Notes: a model not told the origin generated them from the sequence alone. DNA of 32,000 nucleotides from Bacillus subtilis subsp. subtilis str. 168 (GCF_000009045.1 NC_000964.3:1560001-1592000), one strand, 5' to 3'. Positions 9,237-20,120 are shown, numbered from the stretch's first letter. Program-made: numbers and translations.

Positions 9237-9518
9237 TTCCTTAATATGTTAAGGAGAAGGCAAAGGGAGAGGAGAAACCGGAGGAAGAACTTATGGGGAA
9301 ACGTAAGTCTTCTCCGCGGTTGGCAACAACATCCTCTAGATGCTGTTGCTTATAGTATGGACAAGGATCATGCTGCCTATACACCTGTTTATCAAGATTA
9401 GCGTTCATTGTTTGGAAGAATGCTTTATGTTAAGATAGGATTGATTTTTTTCTATGTACATAGCGGCGTCCGGCCGAATAAAGAAACAAAATAGCTTTTA
9501 GAAAAAGTGGTGTGGAAC

Positions 9519-10573
<1,055 letters not shown>

Positions 10574-10588
<15 letters not shown>

Positions 10589-11800
10589 TCCGTTTGTCAG
10601 TCTGTAAGAAAAAATGATAATGTACGTAAACAGCGCGCATAGTGTGACAGCAGGTCCGATCTGCACAAGCAGATTCCAGCCGTTTATAAAGGCAGTTGAC
10701 ATGTCACTGCTGTTAAGAGATTTAAATACATACTGATACGGATCATGCCATGCTGTGTAAAGAGGTTTCCATAAAAGCATGACGAAGACAGCGGCATAAA
10801 CGCCCTGCAGCAAACGTGCGATAAAGAATGGTTTAAATCTAATGTCGGTTTCCGATAAAATACCTGCCACCTGAGCTTGTACGGAAAAGCCGCTAAACCC
10901 AAGAATAAAGCTGACGATAATGGCTTTTTGCAGAAGAGAAACATCTGTCTCGCTGACAAGCTTGCTGCCTAATGTAATTTCAAACATCCCTGATAAAAGC
11001 GGAATGTCCAATTGAGTCGGAAGCTGAAACAAAGTCAGTGCTCCTTTTGTGAAAACAGACAAAACATCAGTCAGCTGGACCACTGACAACAGCCGATTGA
11101 AGACAGAAAATAAAATAATAAAGCCGCCTACCATAAGAAGCGTTTGAACAGAAGACGTCACGGCGTCGCCTAAAATTTTACCTAAGGGCCGTTTTTCTGC
11201 AAGTCTGGCGGTATGAAGAGCGTGTAAAGCATCTTTGACTGAAGGGAAAGGTATCGTTTTCTTTCTTCTGAGATGCTGCTCTTCCTTGCGGCCATAGGAG
11301 CGCATTGTTAAACCGACGGCAAGATTCCCCAAATAGTGTGCAGAAGCTAATAAAATGCCTAGTGATGCGTTTTGAAAGAAACCGACGGCAACAGCGCCGA
11401 AAATAAAGAGCGGGTTTGAAGAATTGGTAAACGACGCGAGCCGTTCTGCCTCTACTCTTGAAATCTGATTTTCCTGCCGCAGACGGGCAGTGAGTTTTGC
11501 GCCCGCTGGGTTTCCTGATGCCATTCCCATAGCAAGAACGAAGCCGCCGACACCCGGCACGCGAAAGATCGGCCGCATAAAAGGCTCAAGCAAAACACCG
11601 ACAAACCGCACAATGCCAAAGCCGATTAAGAGTTCGGACAGAATAAAAAATGGCAGCAATGACGGAAACACAACCTCCCACCACATAGACAGCCCGGTTT
11701 TAGAGGCTTCGAATGAGGCCTGTGGATGTGAGATGACAGTCGCTGTTAAAAAAAGAAAAAACGAGGCAATCAAAAGTGTATTAATCTTCGACAAGTTCAT
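10574..11800 (-). CDS. ylbJ: Sporulation integral membrane protein YlbJ (Gate-domain/nucleoside-transporter-like)
   Basis: 408 aa from MNLSKINTLLIASF, with CCCCGATG... / AAGGTAAGAA upstream on the minus strand; polytopic membrane protein. Confidence 0.92.
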
Positions 11801-11980
11801 TCTTACCTCCCCGATGCTAAAAATGCCCAATGACATGTATATCATGATAAAATAATGTATGATGTAAAACGGCCAAGCAGTACCTGTCCTCTTGATTCTT
11901 TGTACTAATATACGAGCATAGGGGTTCAGTTTAGACCATAGAATTCGGTATACAGGGAATTCAGGCAGGAGGTTAACGCT

Positions 11981-12763
11981 TTGGCCAAACCTAAAATCGG
12001 GTTAGCGTTAGGATCGGGAGGGGCCAGAGGGCTTGCTCATCTCGGTGTGCTTTCCAGTTTACATAAGCACCAAATTGAAGTGGATATGATTGCAGGAAGC
12101 AGCATGGGCGCTTTGGTGGGCAGTTTTTACGCCGCCGGACATGACGTGGCAACGATGAAAAAAGTAGCCAAAGCCTTTAAACGAAGGCTTTATGCTGATT
12201 ATACGGTGCCGAAACTCGGTTTTTTAAAAGGTGACCGCGTCAGACAGCTTGTGCATGCTTATACATTCGGAAAACCGATTGAAGAGCTCCAAATCCCGCT
12301 GGGCATTGTTGCGTGTGATCTACAGACGGGAGAAAAGATTGTGTTCCGAAAAGGATCAGTGTCAGATGCAGTGAGGGCCAGCATCAGCATCCCGGGTATC
12401 TTTATTCCGCAGCGGCTGGACGGACGCCTTCTTGTAGACGGCGCGGTCGTCGATCGAATTCCGGTTTCTGTTGTGAAAGACATGGGAGCTGATATTATCA
12501 TCGCTTCGGATGTTTCCAGGGTTCGAAAAACTGAAACAGCAGTGCATATTTTTGATGTGATTATGCAAAGTATGGATATACTGCAAAATGAATTAGTGCG
12601 GCATCAAACAATTGCCGCAGATATCATGATTCGCCCTTCCCTTGAAACATACAGCTCAAGCTCGTTTGCCAATATTGAAGAAATGATATCGGCAGGCGAA
12701 GAGGCGACAAACCGAATGATCAGCAAGATAAGAAAAGAAATAGAGAATTGGGAGGGCTCATAA
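11981..12763 (+). CDS. ylbK: Patatin-like phospholipase family protein YlbK
   Basis: TTG start after AGGAGG; 260 aa; GSGGARG oxyanion motif, GSSMG nucleophile elbow, DGA dyad motif. Confidence 0.93.
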   Translation: MAKPKIGLALGSGGARGLAHLGVLSSLHKHQIEVDMIAGSSMGALVGSFYAAGHDVATMKKVAKAFKRRLYADYTVPKLGFLKGDRVRQLVHAYTFGKPIEELQIPLGIVACDLQTGEKIVFRKGSVSDAVRASISIPGIFIPQRLDGRLLVDGAVVDRIPVSVVKDMGADIIIASDVSRVRKTETAVHIFDVIMQSMDILQNELVRHQTIAADIMIRPSLETYSSSSFANIEEMISAGEEATNRMISKIRKEIENWEGS

Positions 12764-12764
12764 T

Positions 12765-13790
12765 TTGCTACGTAAAAAACATTTTAGCTGGATGCTCGTC
12801 ATCCTCATACTGATCGCCGTTTTATCATTTATAAAACTTCCATACTATATTACAAAACCGGGAGAAGCGACAGAGCTTGCTTCATTGATAAAAGTGGAGG
12901 GAGGCTACCCGGAAAAAGGAAGTCTGTCCTTAATGACTGTTAAAGTGGGACCGGCTAATCCATTTACATATGTGTGGGCAAAGATGCACCCTTATTATGA
13001 AATTGTTCCTGATGAGAGCATTAAGGAGGAAGGCGAATCAGATAAGGAGTATATGAAAAGACAGCTCCAAATGATGAAAAGCTCGCAAGAAAATGCGGTT
13101 ATAGCCGCCTATCAAAAGGCAGGAAAAAAAGTCAGCTATTCCTTTAACGGCATATACGCAAGCTCAGTTGTAGAAAACATGCCGGCAAAAGGGAAAATAG
13201 AAGTCGGTGATAAAATCATCAGCGCAGACGGCAAAAACTATCAGTCTGCTGAAAAGCTGATTGATTATATCAGCAGCAAAAAAGCGGGAGATAAAGTCAC
13301 GTTAAAGATCGAAAGAGAAGAAAAAGAAAAGCGTGTCACCCTTACGTTAAAACAATTTCCTGATGAGCCGGATCGGGCAGGAATCGGAGTTTCGCTTTAT
13401 ACAGACAGAAACGTGAAGGTAGAGCCTGATATTGATTTTGAAATCGAAAATATTGGCGGCCCGTCAGCAGGGTTAATGATGTCCCTTGAAATCTATAATC
13501 AGCTGACAAAACCAGACGAAACAAAAGGCTACGATATTGCGGGAACAGGTACGATTGATGTTGACGGAAAAGTAGGCCCGATCGGCGGCATTGATCAAAA
13601 AGTCGTCGCCGCAGACAAAGCCGGAAAAGACATTTTCTTCGCGCCAAATCAAAACGGCGCCAGCAATTCCGATTATAAGAACGCAGTAAAAACAGCAAAA
13701 GATATTGATTCAAATATGAAGATTGTGCCTGTTGATACCATGCAGGATGCGATTGATTATTTGAATAAGCTGAAAGCGAAAAGCACCTGA
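12765..13790 (+). CDS. ylbL: Membrane-anchored PDZ / Lon-type (S16) protease YlbL (DdcP)
   Basis: TTG start, 341 aa; N-terminal TM segment, PDZ region ([23 protein letters not shown]) and Ser-Lys Lon protease motifs ([15 protein letters not shown]; [14 protein letters not shown]). Confidence 0.95.
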
Positions 13791-13810
13791 TTCTCAGGTG
13801 CTTTTTCTAT
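13779..13810. terminator. Terminator between convergent ylbL and tmcAL
   Basis: Perfect 12-bp stem AAAAGCACCTGA (13779-13790) / TCAGGTGCTTTT (13794-13805). Confidence 0.88.
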
Positions 13811-15054
13811 ACATTTAAAAAGTGTTGTTCATCTTCGTCATATCGAATCGGTGCATGTCCGTATTCCTGTAGGTCAAACTCAGTTCTCAGCGGCTCTTCT
13901 ATCGGCAGGCTGTAAATCCTGCTTGCTTTTACGTCCAGATCGAGAGCTGGATGGGAGAAAGAGGACAGTTTGCTGACAAGCGGAACAGACAGTGCTTTTT
14001 TCTTTTCGGATAAATAAGCCTGTCCTTTTTTCGTCATGCCGAGAAGCCTGATATACGGCGCCTTATCGTTGTCAAGCAGCTTTTGCATATCCTGTTTTTT
14101 TGTTCTGGTTAAAATGTGTGTATTCATCCGCTGGAGCCTTGTCCACGTATAGCGTTTTGTTTTCAGCAGTTCCATAAATTCCTGATAGGAGCTGGATTTT
14201 CTGATCGAACGAATAATTCTGTGCTCTAAACCTTCCTCCACCTCGTATACTTGCTGTAATTCCCGTGCCGTTACAGTTGAAAGGCTGTATTTTAAGTAAG
14301 AAAAGTAGCTTTCAGGTGTATGCCACAATCCGAAAGATTTGCGGTAAGCTGCTAATTCACGTGCAGATGCAGCAGGGAGAAAACGAAGGCAGGCTTCGAG
14401 ATTCTGGCCAATCATCGCTTTTCTAATGCTTGTGGCACTTGCTATATGGTTTTCGCCTTCAGGGAGATCGGCATCATGATAGTCCGAAGAGATTCGTGCC
14501 GTAGTATAAGGTTTCATAGGATATCCCCCGGTTAGAATCGAGGTCACATACTGGTATCCCAAAATGTTATTTGGTTTTGACAAGTCAAGTGCACTTTCAG
14601 TATGCAAAATGGAGCTGAAGGCGATAGCCGCCGCTGCTGGGTAACTGGCCCCCTTTTTAAGTTCTTCTTTAATTCGGTCATTCAATATATGTTTATGCTC
14701 ATCAATAAGCTGTGCTGTTTCTAAAAAAGGCTTGATATCCCCATTTTCACTCCCGAAAAACAGCGCCTCACATTCAAGTTCGTTCAGGATGGAAACACTG
14801 CCGCGTGCAAAAATGTCTGCTTTTTGCACGGCATAAAGATAAGGCAGCTCAATGACAAGATCAACTCCGCTTTGCAGCGCCATTTTTGTTCGGGCCCATT
14901 TTGATACAACAGCGGGTTCCCCGCGCTGTAAAAAATGTCCGCTCATGACCGCGACAGCCGTGTCACATCCGGTTTGCAGCTTTGCTGTTTGGGCATGATA
15001 AAGGTGACCGTTATGAAAGGGATTATATTCAACCACCAATCCGACAGCTTTCAT
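13807..15054 (-). CDS. tmcAL: tRNA(Met) cytidine acetate ligase TmcAL (YlbM)
   Basis: 415 aa MKAVGLVVEYNPFHNGHLYHA..., HIGH-like nucleotidyltransferase. Minus strand: CAT at 15052-15054, CTA stop at 13807-13809. The supplied track says '+', which contradicts the sequence. Confidence 0.95.
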   Translation of the reverse strand: MKAVGLVVEYNPFHNGHLYHAQTAKLQTGCDTAVAVMSGHFLQRGEPAVVSKWARTKMALQSGVDLVIELPYLYAVQKADIFARGSVSILNELECEALFFGSENGDIKPFLETAQLIDEHKHILNDRIKEELKKGASYPAAAAIAFSSILHTESALDLSKPNNILGYQYVTSILTGGYPMKPYTTARISSDYHDADLPEGENHIASATSIRKAMIGQNLEACLRFLPAASARELAAYRKSFGLWHTPESYFSYLKYSLSTVTARELQQVYEVEEGLEHRIIRSIRKSSSYQEFMELLKTKRYTWTRLQRMNTHILTRTKKQDMQKLLDNDKAPYIRLLGMTKKGQAYLSEKKKALSVPLVSKLSSFSHPALDLDVKASRIYSLPIEEPLRTEFDLQEYGHAPIRYDEDEQHFLNV

Positions 15055-15207
15055 ATTTTTTCCGCCTTTCTTGCTATGTTTAAAAACGTATGGTACATTT
15101 GCAAATGAAAACTCTTACGCCTTATTTTTGTTTTAAGTGTATGCATAGCATATTCCGCTGTCAACGATACTTCAATGGCAGCATTATGCTGTAAAGAAAA
15201 AATATTG

Positions 15208-15236
15208 ACAAAAACAATCTTAAAAGCTATAATCAT
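15208..15236 (+). promoter_or_regulatory. Consensus sigma-A promoter for ylbN-rpmF
   Basis: TTGACA (15208-15213), exactly 17-nt spacer, TATAAT (15231-15236); 27 nt before the ylbN start codon. Confidence 0.92.
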
Positions 15237-15263
15237 GTTTGTTGCTTTCCTGAGGTGATACAA

Positions 15264-15782
15264 ATGAAATGGACGATTTATCAGCTGCATCAAATGCCAA
15301 AACAAAGTTTTGAGTTTGATGAAACAGTTGAGTTAAATGAGCTGACAAAGCTGAATTCTGACATTCGCCGCATTTCTCCCGTTCGGGTGAAGGGCAGAGC
15401 GGATATCAAATCCAAACAGGTTTCGTTTGATTTTACAATTTCAGGCGAAATGCTTTTGCCATGCTCAAGAACACTCGTTGATGTTCCGTATCCATTTGAA
15501 ATTTCAACAAAAGAACTGTTTATATTTCATCACACGGATGATATAGAAGATGATGACGTTCACATTGTTGAGGACGATACTATCGACATAACTCCGATCG
15601 TGAAAGAAGAAATTCTTTTAGAAATCCCTATGCAAATCTTTTGTGAATCTGAACAAGAAAAAGGAGCTGCTCCTCAAGAAGGAAAGGATTGGCAAGTCAT
15701 TTCGGAAGAAGACAAGAAGAATCAAGTTGATCCGAGACTTGCAGCCCTTGAAAAGCTCTTAAAACAAGATGATGAATCTTAA
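15264..15782 (+). CDS. ylbN: YlbN, DUF177 family protein (YceD-like) upstream of rpmF
   Basis: ATG at 15264 (MKWTIYQLHQMPKQSFEFDE), 172 aa; classic DUF177-rpmF arrangement. Confidence 0.92.
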   Translation: MKWTIYQLHQMPKQSFEFDETVELNELTKLNSDIRRISPVRVKGRADIKSKQVSFDFTISGEMLLPCSRTLVDVPYPFEISTKELFIFHHTDDIEDDDVHIVEDDTIDITPIVKEEILLEIPMQIFCESEQEKGAAPQEGKDWQVISEEDKKNQVDPRLAALEKLLKQDDES

Positions 15783-15983
<201 letters not shown>

Positions 15984-16022
15984 TGAGAAAAGCGCAGGGT
16001 GAAAGCCCTGCGCTTTTTCTTT
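15984..16022 (+). terminator. Rho-independent terminator after rpmF
   Basis: AAAGCGCAGGG / CCCTGCGCTTT stem followed by TTCTTTTTC. Confidence 0.92.
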
Positions 16023-16128
16023 TTCTCTTCCTGTCAGCTTGCGGAAAATTTGTGAGTGCAAATAGTCTATCTAATCTATTACCGGCATATGTATGAGATA
16101 AATAAGCTGACATGGAGGGAGATTGAAT

Positions 16129-16710
16129 TTGACCATTACAAGACAAGATGCTTGGACTCAGGATGAGGATTTGCTGCTGGCAGAAGTGGTGCTTCGTCAT
16201 ATTCGAGAGGGAGGAACACAGCTTTCAGCCTTTGAGGAGGTTGGAAGGGCGCTGACCAGAACCGCGGCAGCCTGTGGTTTCAGGTGGAACTCGTATGTGA
16301 GAAAACAATACCAGTCAGGTATAGAGCTTGCAAAAAAGCAAAGGAAAGAACTGAGAAAGCAAATCGGCGTTCATTCGGTCAATATGCCGAATTCCATGAA
16401 GCAGACTGCCTCGGCATCGTCAGAAGGAAAACGAGATTTGTCCATTCAGGATGTCATTCAATTTCTCGAACAATTCAAAGAAACACCGTCTGCACAAGAA
16501 TTTCAGCTTGAAAGGGAAAAATTGAAGGAGCAAATCCAATCGCTGCAAAAAGAGCTTGAGGATTTGCGGAGTGAAAATCAGACATTGCGGAATCAGCTAG
16601 AGATGACAGAAGAGGATTACAAGGCACTGATCGATATCATGGATCGGGCCAGAAAAATGGTTGTTTCGAAGGAAGACGGAAGAATGAAAAAAGCGGCTCA
16701 AGAAACGTAA
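16129..16710 (+). CDS. gerR: Sporulation transcriptional regulator GerR (YlbO, RsfA family)
   Basis: TTG at 16129 is 8 nt from GGAGGGA; 193 aa; Myb/SANT-like N-terminal region ([21 protein letters not shown]...) and coiled-coil tail. Confidence 0.9.
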   Translation: MTITRQDAWTQDEDLLLAEVVLRHIREGGTQLSAFEEVGRALTRTAAACGFRWNSYVRKQYQSGIELAKKQRKELRKQIGVHSVNMPNSMKQTASASSEGKRDLSIQDVIQFLEQFKETPSAQEFQLEREKLKEQIQSLQKELEDLRSENQTLRNQLEMTEEDYKALIDIMDRARKMVVSKEDGRMKKAAQET

Positions 16711-16726
16711 AGAAACGCCTGAAATG

Positions 16727-16762
16727 AACCGGCCCTATAGTAAGAATAGGCCGGTTGTTTTG
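16727..16762. terminator. Terminator between convergent gerR and ylbP
   Basis: AACCGGCC...CTAT / ATAGGCCGGTT inverted repeat followed by GTTTTG. Confidence 0.75.
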
Positions 16763-16766
16763 ATTT

Positions 16767-17249
16767 CTATGCAGACTCTCCCGGTGTCATTTCGCGATCC
16801 ATATCAGGATGCCAGATGAGCGGGTTTTCCCCTTTGTCCCGCGCCATATCATACTTAACAGTTTTAAAGTTCATTTTGTTCCAAAATTCCGCTGATTTCA
16901 TTCTCGGATTTGTCCGGATCGGCATTTTGAATGATTTTGCAAATTCAACCAAGGCTCTCCCGTATCCCCTGTTCTGGTAGCCCGGAAGAACCTCAAGCTT
17001 CCACAGCTCCAAATAATCCTGGCGGTTGTCAAAATAGGGATTCGATTTGCCGTTAACTTGATACAGACTCATTCGTGCTACAAGTTTATCGCCAAAATAA
17101 ATCCCGTAAAAAGGCGAGGTGCTGTCATTTTCAATAATATTATCCTGAAGTTCTTCAAGCATTGAAAGCTCCTGAATGCCGTATTCTTTGAATTTCTTGA
17201 ATTCTTCCAGCGTTTTATAGTTGATAAGCAGACGTTCTACCTTTGTCAA
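16767..17249 (-). CDS. ylbP: GNAT-family N-acetyltransferase YlbP
   Basis: TTG start after a GGGGGGAGAT SD on the minus strand; 160 aa; acetyl-CoA motif LEVLPGYQNRGYGRALVEFAKSF. Confidence 0.9.
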   Translation of the reverse strand: MTKVERLLINYKTLEEFKKFKEYGIQELSMLEELQDNIIENDSTSPFYGIYFGDKLVARMSLYQVNGKSNPYFDNRQDYLELWKLEVLPGYQNRGYGRALVEFAKSFKMPIRTNPRMKSAEFWNKMNFKTVKYDMARDKGENPLIWHPDMDREMTPGESA

Positions 17250-17408
17250 ACAAATCTCCCCCTTTGTTGTTTCTACATATATTGTAAACGCTTTATTTAA
17301 AAAATCCAAATATTTAAACTTTAATTTTAAGCACATGGGATCTTTGAGAAGTAATTTCTTCTTACTTCTGCTATGATAATACGTAAATGCTAAATTGGGT
17401 GTGACATC

Positions 17409-18305
17409 ATGAAAATTGGAATTATCGGCGGAGGCTCCGTTGGTCTTTTATGCGCCTATTATTTGTCACTTTATCACGACGTGACTGTTGTGACGAGGCG
17501 GCAAGAACAGGCTGCGGCCATTCAGTCTGAAGGAATCCGGCTTTATAAAGGCGGGGAGGAATTCAGGGCTGATTGCAGTGCGGACACGAGTATCAATTCG
17601 GACTTTGACCTGCTTGTCGTGACAGTGAAGCAGCATCAGCTTCAATCTGTTTTTTCGTCGCTTGAACGAATCGGGAAGACGAATATATTATTTTTGCAAA
17701 ACGGCATGGGGCATATCCACGACCTAAAAGACTGGCACGTTGGCCATTCCATTTATGTTGGAATCGTTGAGCACGGAGCTGTAAGAAAATCGGATACAGC
17801 TGTTGATCATACAGGCCTAGGTGCGATAAAATGGAGCGCGTTCGACGATGCTGAACCAGACCGGCTGAACATCTTGTTTCAGCATAACCATTCGGATTTT
17901 CCGATTTATTATGAGACGGATTGGTACCGTCTGCTGACGGGCAAGCTGATTGTAAATGCGTGTATTAATCCTTTAACTGCGTTATTGCAAGTGAAAAATG
18001 GAGAACTGCTGACAACGCCAGCTTATCTGGCTTTTATGAAGCTGGTATTTCAGGAGGCATGCCGCATTTTAAAACTTGAAAATGAAGAAAAGGCTTGGGA
18101 GCGGGTTCAGGCCGTTTGTGGGCAAACGAAAGAGAATCGTTCATCAATGCTGGTTGACGTCATTGGAGGCCGGCAGACGGAAGCTGACGCCATTATCGGA
18201 TACTTATTGAAGGAAGCAAGTCTTCAAGGTCTTGATGCCGTCCACCTAGAGTTTTTATATGGCAGCATCAAAGCATTGGAGCGAAATACAAACAAAGTCT
18301 TTTGA
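17409..18305 (+). CDS. panE: 2-dehydropantoate 2-reductase (YlbQ)
   Basis: 298 aa; GIIGGGSVGLLCAYYLS Rossmann motif, KLIVNACINPLTAL, ENRSSMLVDV. Confidence 0.93.
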   Translation: MKIGIIGGGSVGLLCAYYLSLYHDVTVVTRRQEQAAAIQSEGIRLYKGGEEFRADCSADTSINSDFDLLVVTVKQHQLQSVFSSLERIGKTNILFLQNGMGHIHDLKDWHVGHSIYVGIVEHGAVRKSDTAVDHTGLGAIKWSAFDDAEPDRLNILFQHNHSDFPIYYETDWYRLLTGKLIVNACINPLTALLQVKNGELLTTPAYLAFMKLVFQEACRILKLENEEKAWERVQAVCGQTKENRSSMLVDVIGGRQTEADAIIGYLLKEASLQGLDAVHLEFLYGSIKALERNTNKVF

Positions 18306-18375
18306 GCTTTTTCGGTAACATGCTATACTCATTTCGGATCACTAACTATTTATTGGAGAAAGGAAGTTCTAGAAG

Positions 18376-19995
18376 ATGCAGCTAACTGAACTTTCCATCA
18401 AAAATCAGAATGTGTTTGTACAGCACTATATAGATGGCAAAGAAGAAATGTCTTCTTTTTTTGATTACAGTATTCATCATAAGGACATGTGGCGCGAAAG
18501 ACTGGAAGACTTATCTTCCCGGTTTTTCGCAAGAGAGGAATTGGCGGCGTACTTAACCTCTTACCATAATAAATTCGGTTCAAGTGCGATGCAGTCTGCT
18601 ATTGAGAAGCTGAAGGACCCGTCAAGTGCCGCTGTAGTCGGCGGACAGCAGGCAGGACTTTTAACAGGACCGCTTTACACCATACATAAAATCATTTCAA
18701 TCATTGTTTTAGCAAAGCAACAAGAAAAGGAACTGCAAGTGCCTGTCATACCAATCTTCTGGGTGGCTGGAGAAGACCACGATTTGGATGAGATTAATTT
18801 TGTTCACACATCTGAAGAGAATGGGCCTGTGAAAAAAAAGCTGCCTCAGTCTTATTGGAAGAAATCATCAGCAGCGAGTACATCGCTTGATCAGGAAAAG
18901 TGTGCCGCGTGGATAGATGATGTTTTTGCCGCTTTTGAAGAAACAGACCATACGAATACACTTCTCGACAATGTGAAACGATGTTTAAGGGAATCTGTTA
19001 CGTTTACTGACTTCTTTGAACTGCTGATCGCGGATTTGTTCCAAGAAGAGGGCTTAGTTTTATTAAATTCTGGGGATCCGGGGATTAAAAAGCTGGAAAC
19101 GGCCATGTTCCAAAAGATTCTTCGAGAAAATGATGAACTCGCCCGGGCTGTATCAGATCAGCAGGCCTTCATGCGTCAAGCAGGCTACAAACCGATTATC
19201 GAGTCCGGAAAAGAGCAGGCGAATCTGTTTTATGAATACGAAGATGAGCGTTTTTTAATTGAAAAAGATAACGGCCGATTTGTCATCAAAGAGCTTGATC
19301 TAGGATGGACGAGGGATGAACTTCATACACATATGGAAGAACATCCAGAGCGTTTCAGCAACAATGTTGTAACGAGACCGTTAATGCAGGAATTTCTCAT
19401 TCCGACTTTAGCATTTATTGCAGGGCCTGGGGAAATCAATTATTGGGGCGAGCTCAAACAGGCATTTGCGGTGATGGGCTTCAAAATGCCTCCTGTCATG
19501 CCAAGGCTGAACATTACGATACTTGAGCGGCATATTGAGAAAAAACTGGCTGAACGGAATATCTCATTACAAGACGCGATTGAGCGCGGAACGGAGAATC
19601 AAAGAGAGACATACTTCGAGCGCCAGATTCCGGAAGAGTTTACGGCGGTGATGGATCAGGCGAAAAGCCAAATTGAAGCGATTCACAAAACGGTCCGGCA
19701 GGAGGCGTTAAAGGTTGATCAAAGCTTGGAACCTTTACTTCTGAAAAATGCCGCTTTTATTCAGGATCAGCTTCAATTCTTAGAGCGCACGGTGATGAAG
19801 CGAATTGAAGAAAAAGAAGGCTACGTCTTGAAGGATTATGAAAGAATTCAAAATAGCATTAAGCCGCTTCTTGCGCCGCAAGAACGGATTTGGAATATCA
19901 TGTATTATTTGAACAGGTACGGTCCAAAATTCTTCACGACATTCAAGAATCTGCCATTTTCTTTTCAAAATCAACATCAAGTTGTCAAACTTTGA
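18376..19995 (+). CDS. bshC: Bacillithiol biosynthesis cysteine-adding enzyme BshC (YllA)
   Basis: 539 aa, MQLTELSIKNQNVFVQHYIDG...; GGQQAGLLTGPLYTIHKI; directly upstream of mraZ. Confidence 0.95.
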   Translation: MQLTELSIKNQNVFVQHYIDGKEEMSSFFDYSIHHKDMWRERLEDLSSRFFAREELAAYLTSYHNKFGSSAMQSAIEKLKDPSSAAVVGGQQAGLLTGPLYTIHKIISIIVLAKQQEKELQVPVIPIFWVAGEDHDLDEINFVHTSEENGPVKKKLPQSYWKKSSAASTSLDQEKCAAWIDDVFAAFEETDHTNTLLDNVKRCLRESVTFTDFFELLIADLFQEEGLVLLNSGDPGIKKLETAMFQKILRENDELARAVSDQQAFMRQAGYKPIIESGKEQANLFYEYEDERFLIEKDNGRFVIKELDLGWTRDELHTHMEEHPERFSNNVVTRPLMQEFLIPTLAFIAGPGEINYWGELKQAFAVMGFKMPPVMPRLNITILERHIEKKLAERNISLQDAIERGTENQRETYFERQIPEEFTAVMDQAKSQIEAIHKTVRQEALKVDQSLEPLLLKNAAFIQDQLQFLERTVMKRIEEKEGYVLKDYERIQNSIKPLLAPQERIWNIMYYLNRYGPKFFTTFKNLPFSFQNQHQVVKL

Positions 19996-20008
19996 AATAA
20001 AGTTTTAA

Positions 20009-20038
20009 AGAACCCTGACTAGTTCAGGGTTTTTTTTT
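20009..20038 (+). terminator. Rho-independent terminator after bshC
   Basis: AACCCTGA (20011-20018) / TCAGGGTT (20024-20031) followed by a continuous T-run. Confidence 0.93.
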
Positions 20039-20064
20039 ATGGGTAAACAGTGTAAAATGAAGTT

Positions 20065-20090
20065 GTGGAGCGAAGTGGTGAATAGTGGTG
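20065..20090 (+). promoter_or_regulatory. Putative MraZ operator: three GTGGNG hexamers at exact 10-bp period
   Basis: GTGGAG (20065-20070), GTGGTG (20075-20080), GTGGTG (20085-20090), downstream of a candidate -10 TAAAAT (20053-20058). Confidence 0.7.
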
Positions 20091-20120
20091 AGTTAAGGAG
20101 AGAAAGTGGGGCAAGAGATC

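Noticed and set aside
9156-9401. 81-aa ORF as called in the track
   Set aside because: Its start lies inside ylbG and it crosses the ylbG terminator; only the downstream part is kept as a small-ORF question in the findings.
13342-13713. 123-aa minus-strand ORF over ylbL
   Set aside because: Arg/Leu/Phe-rich antisense shadow of the Lon-domain coding region.
15051-15305. 84-aa minus-strand ORF between tmcAL and ylbN
   Set aside because: Overlaps the consensus sigma-A promoter and the ylbN start and has no SD.
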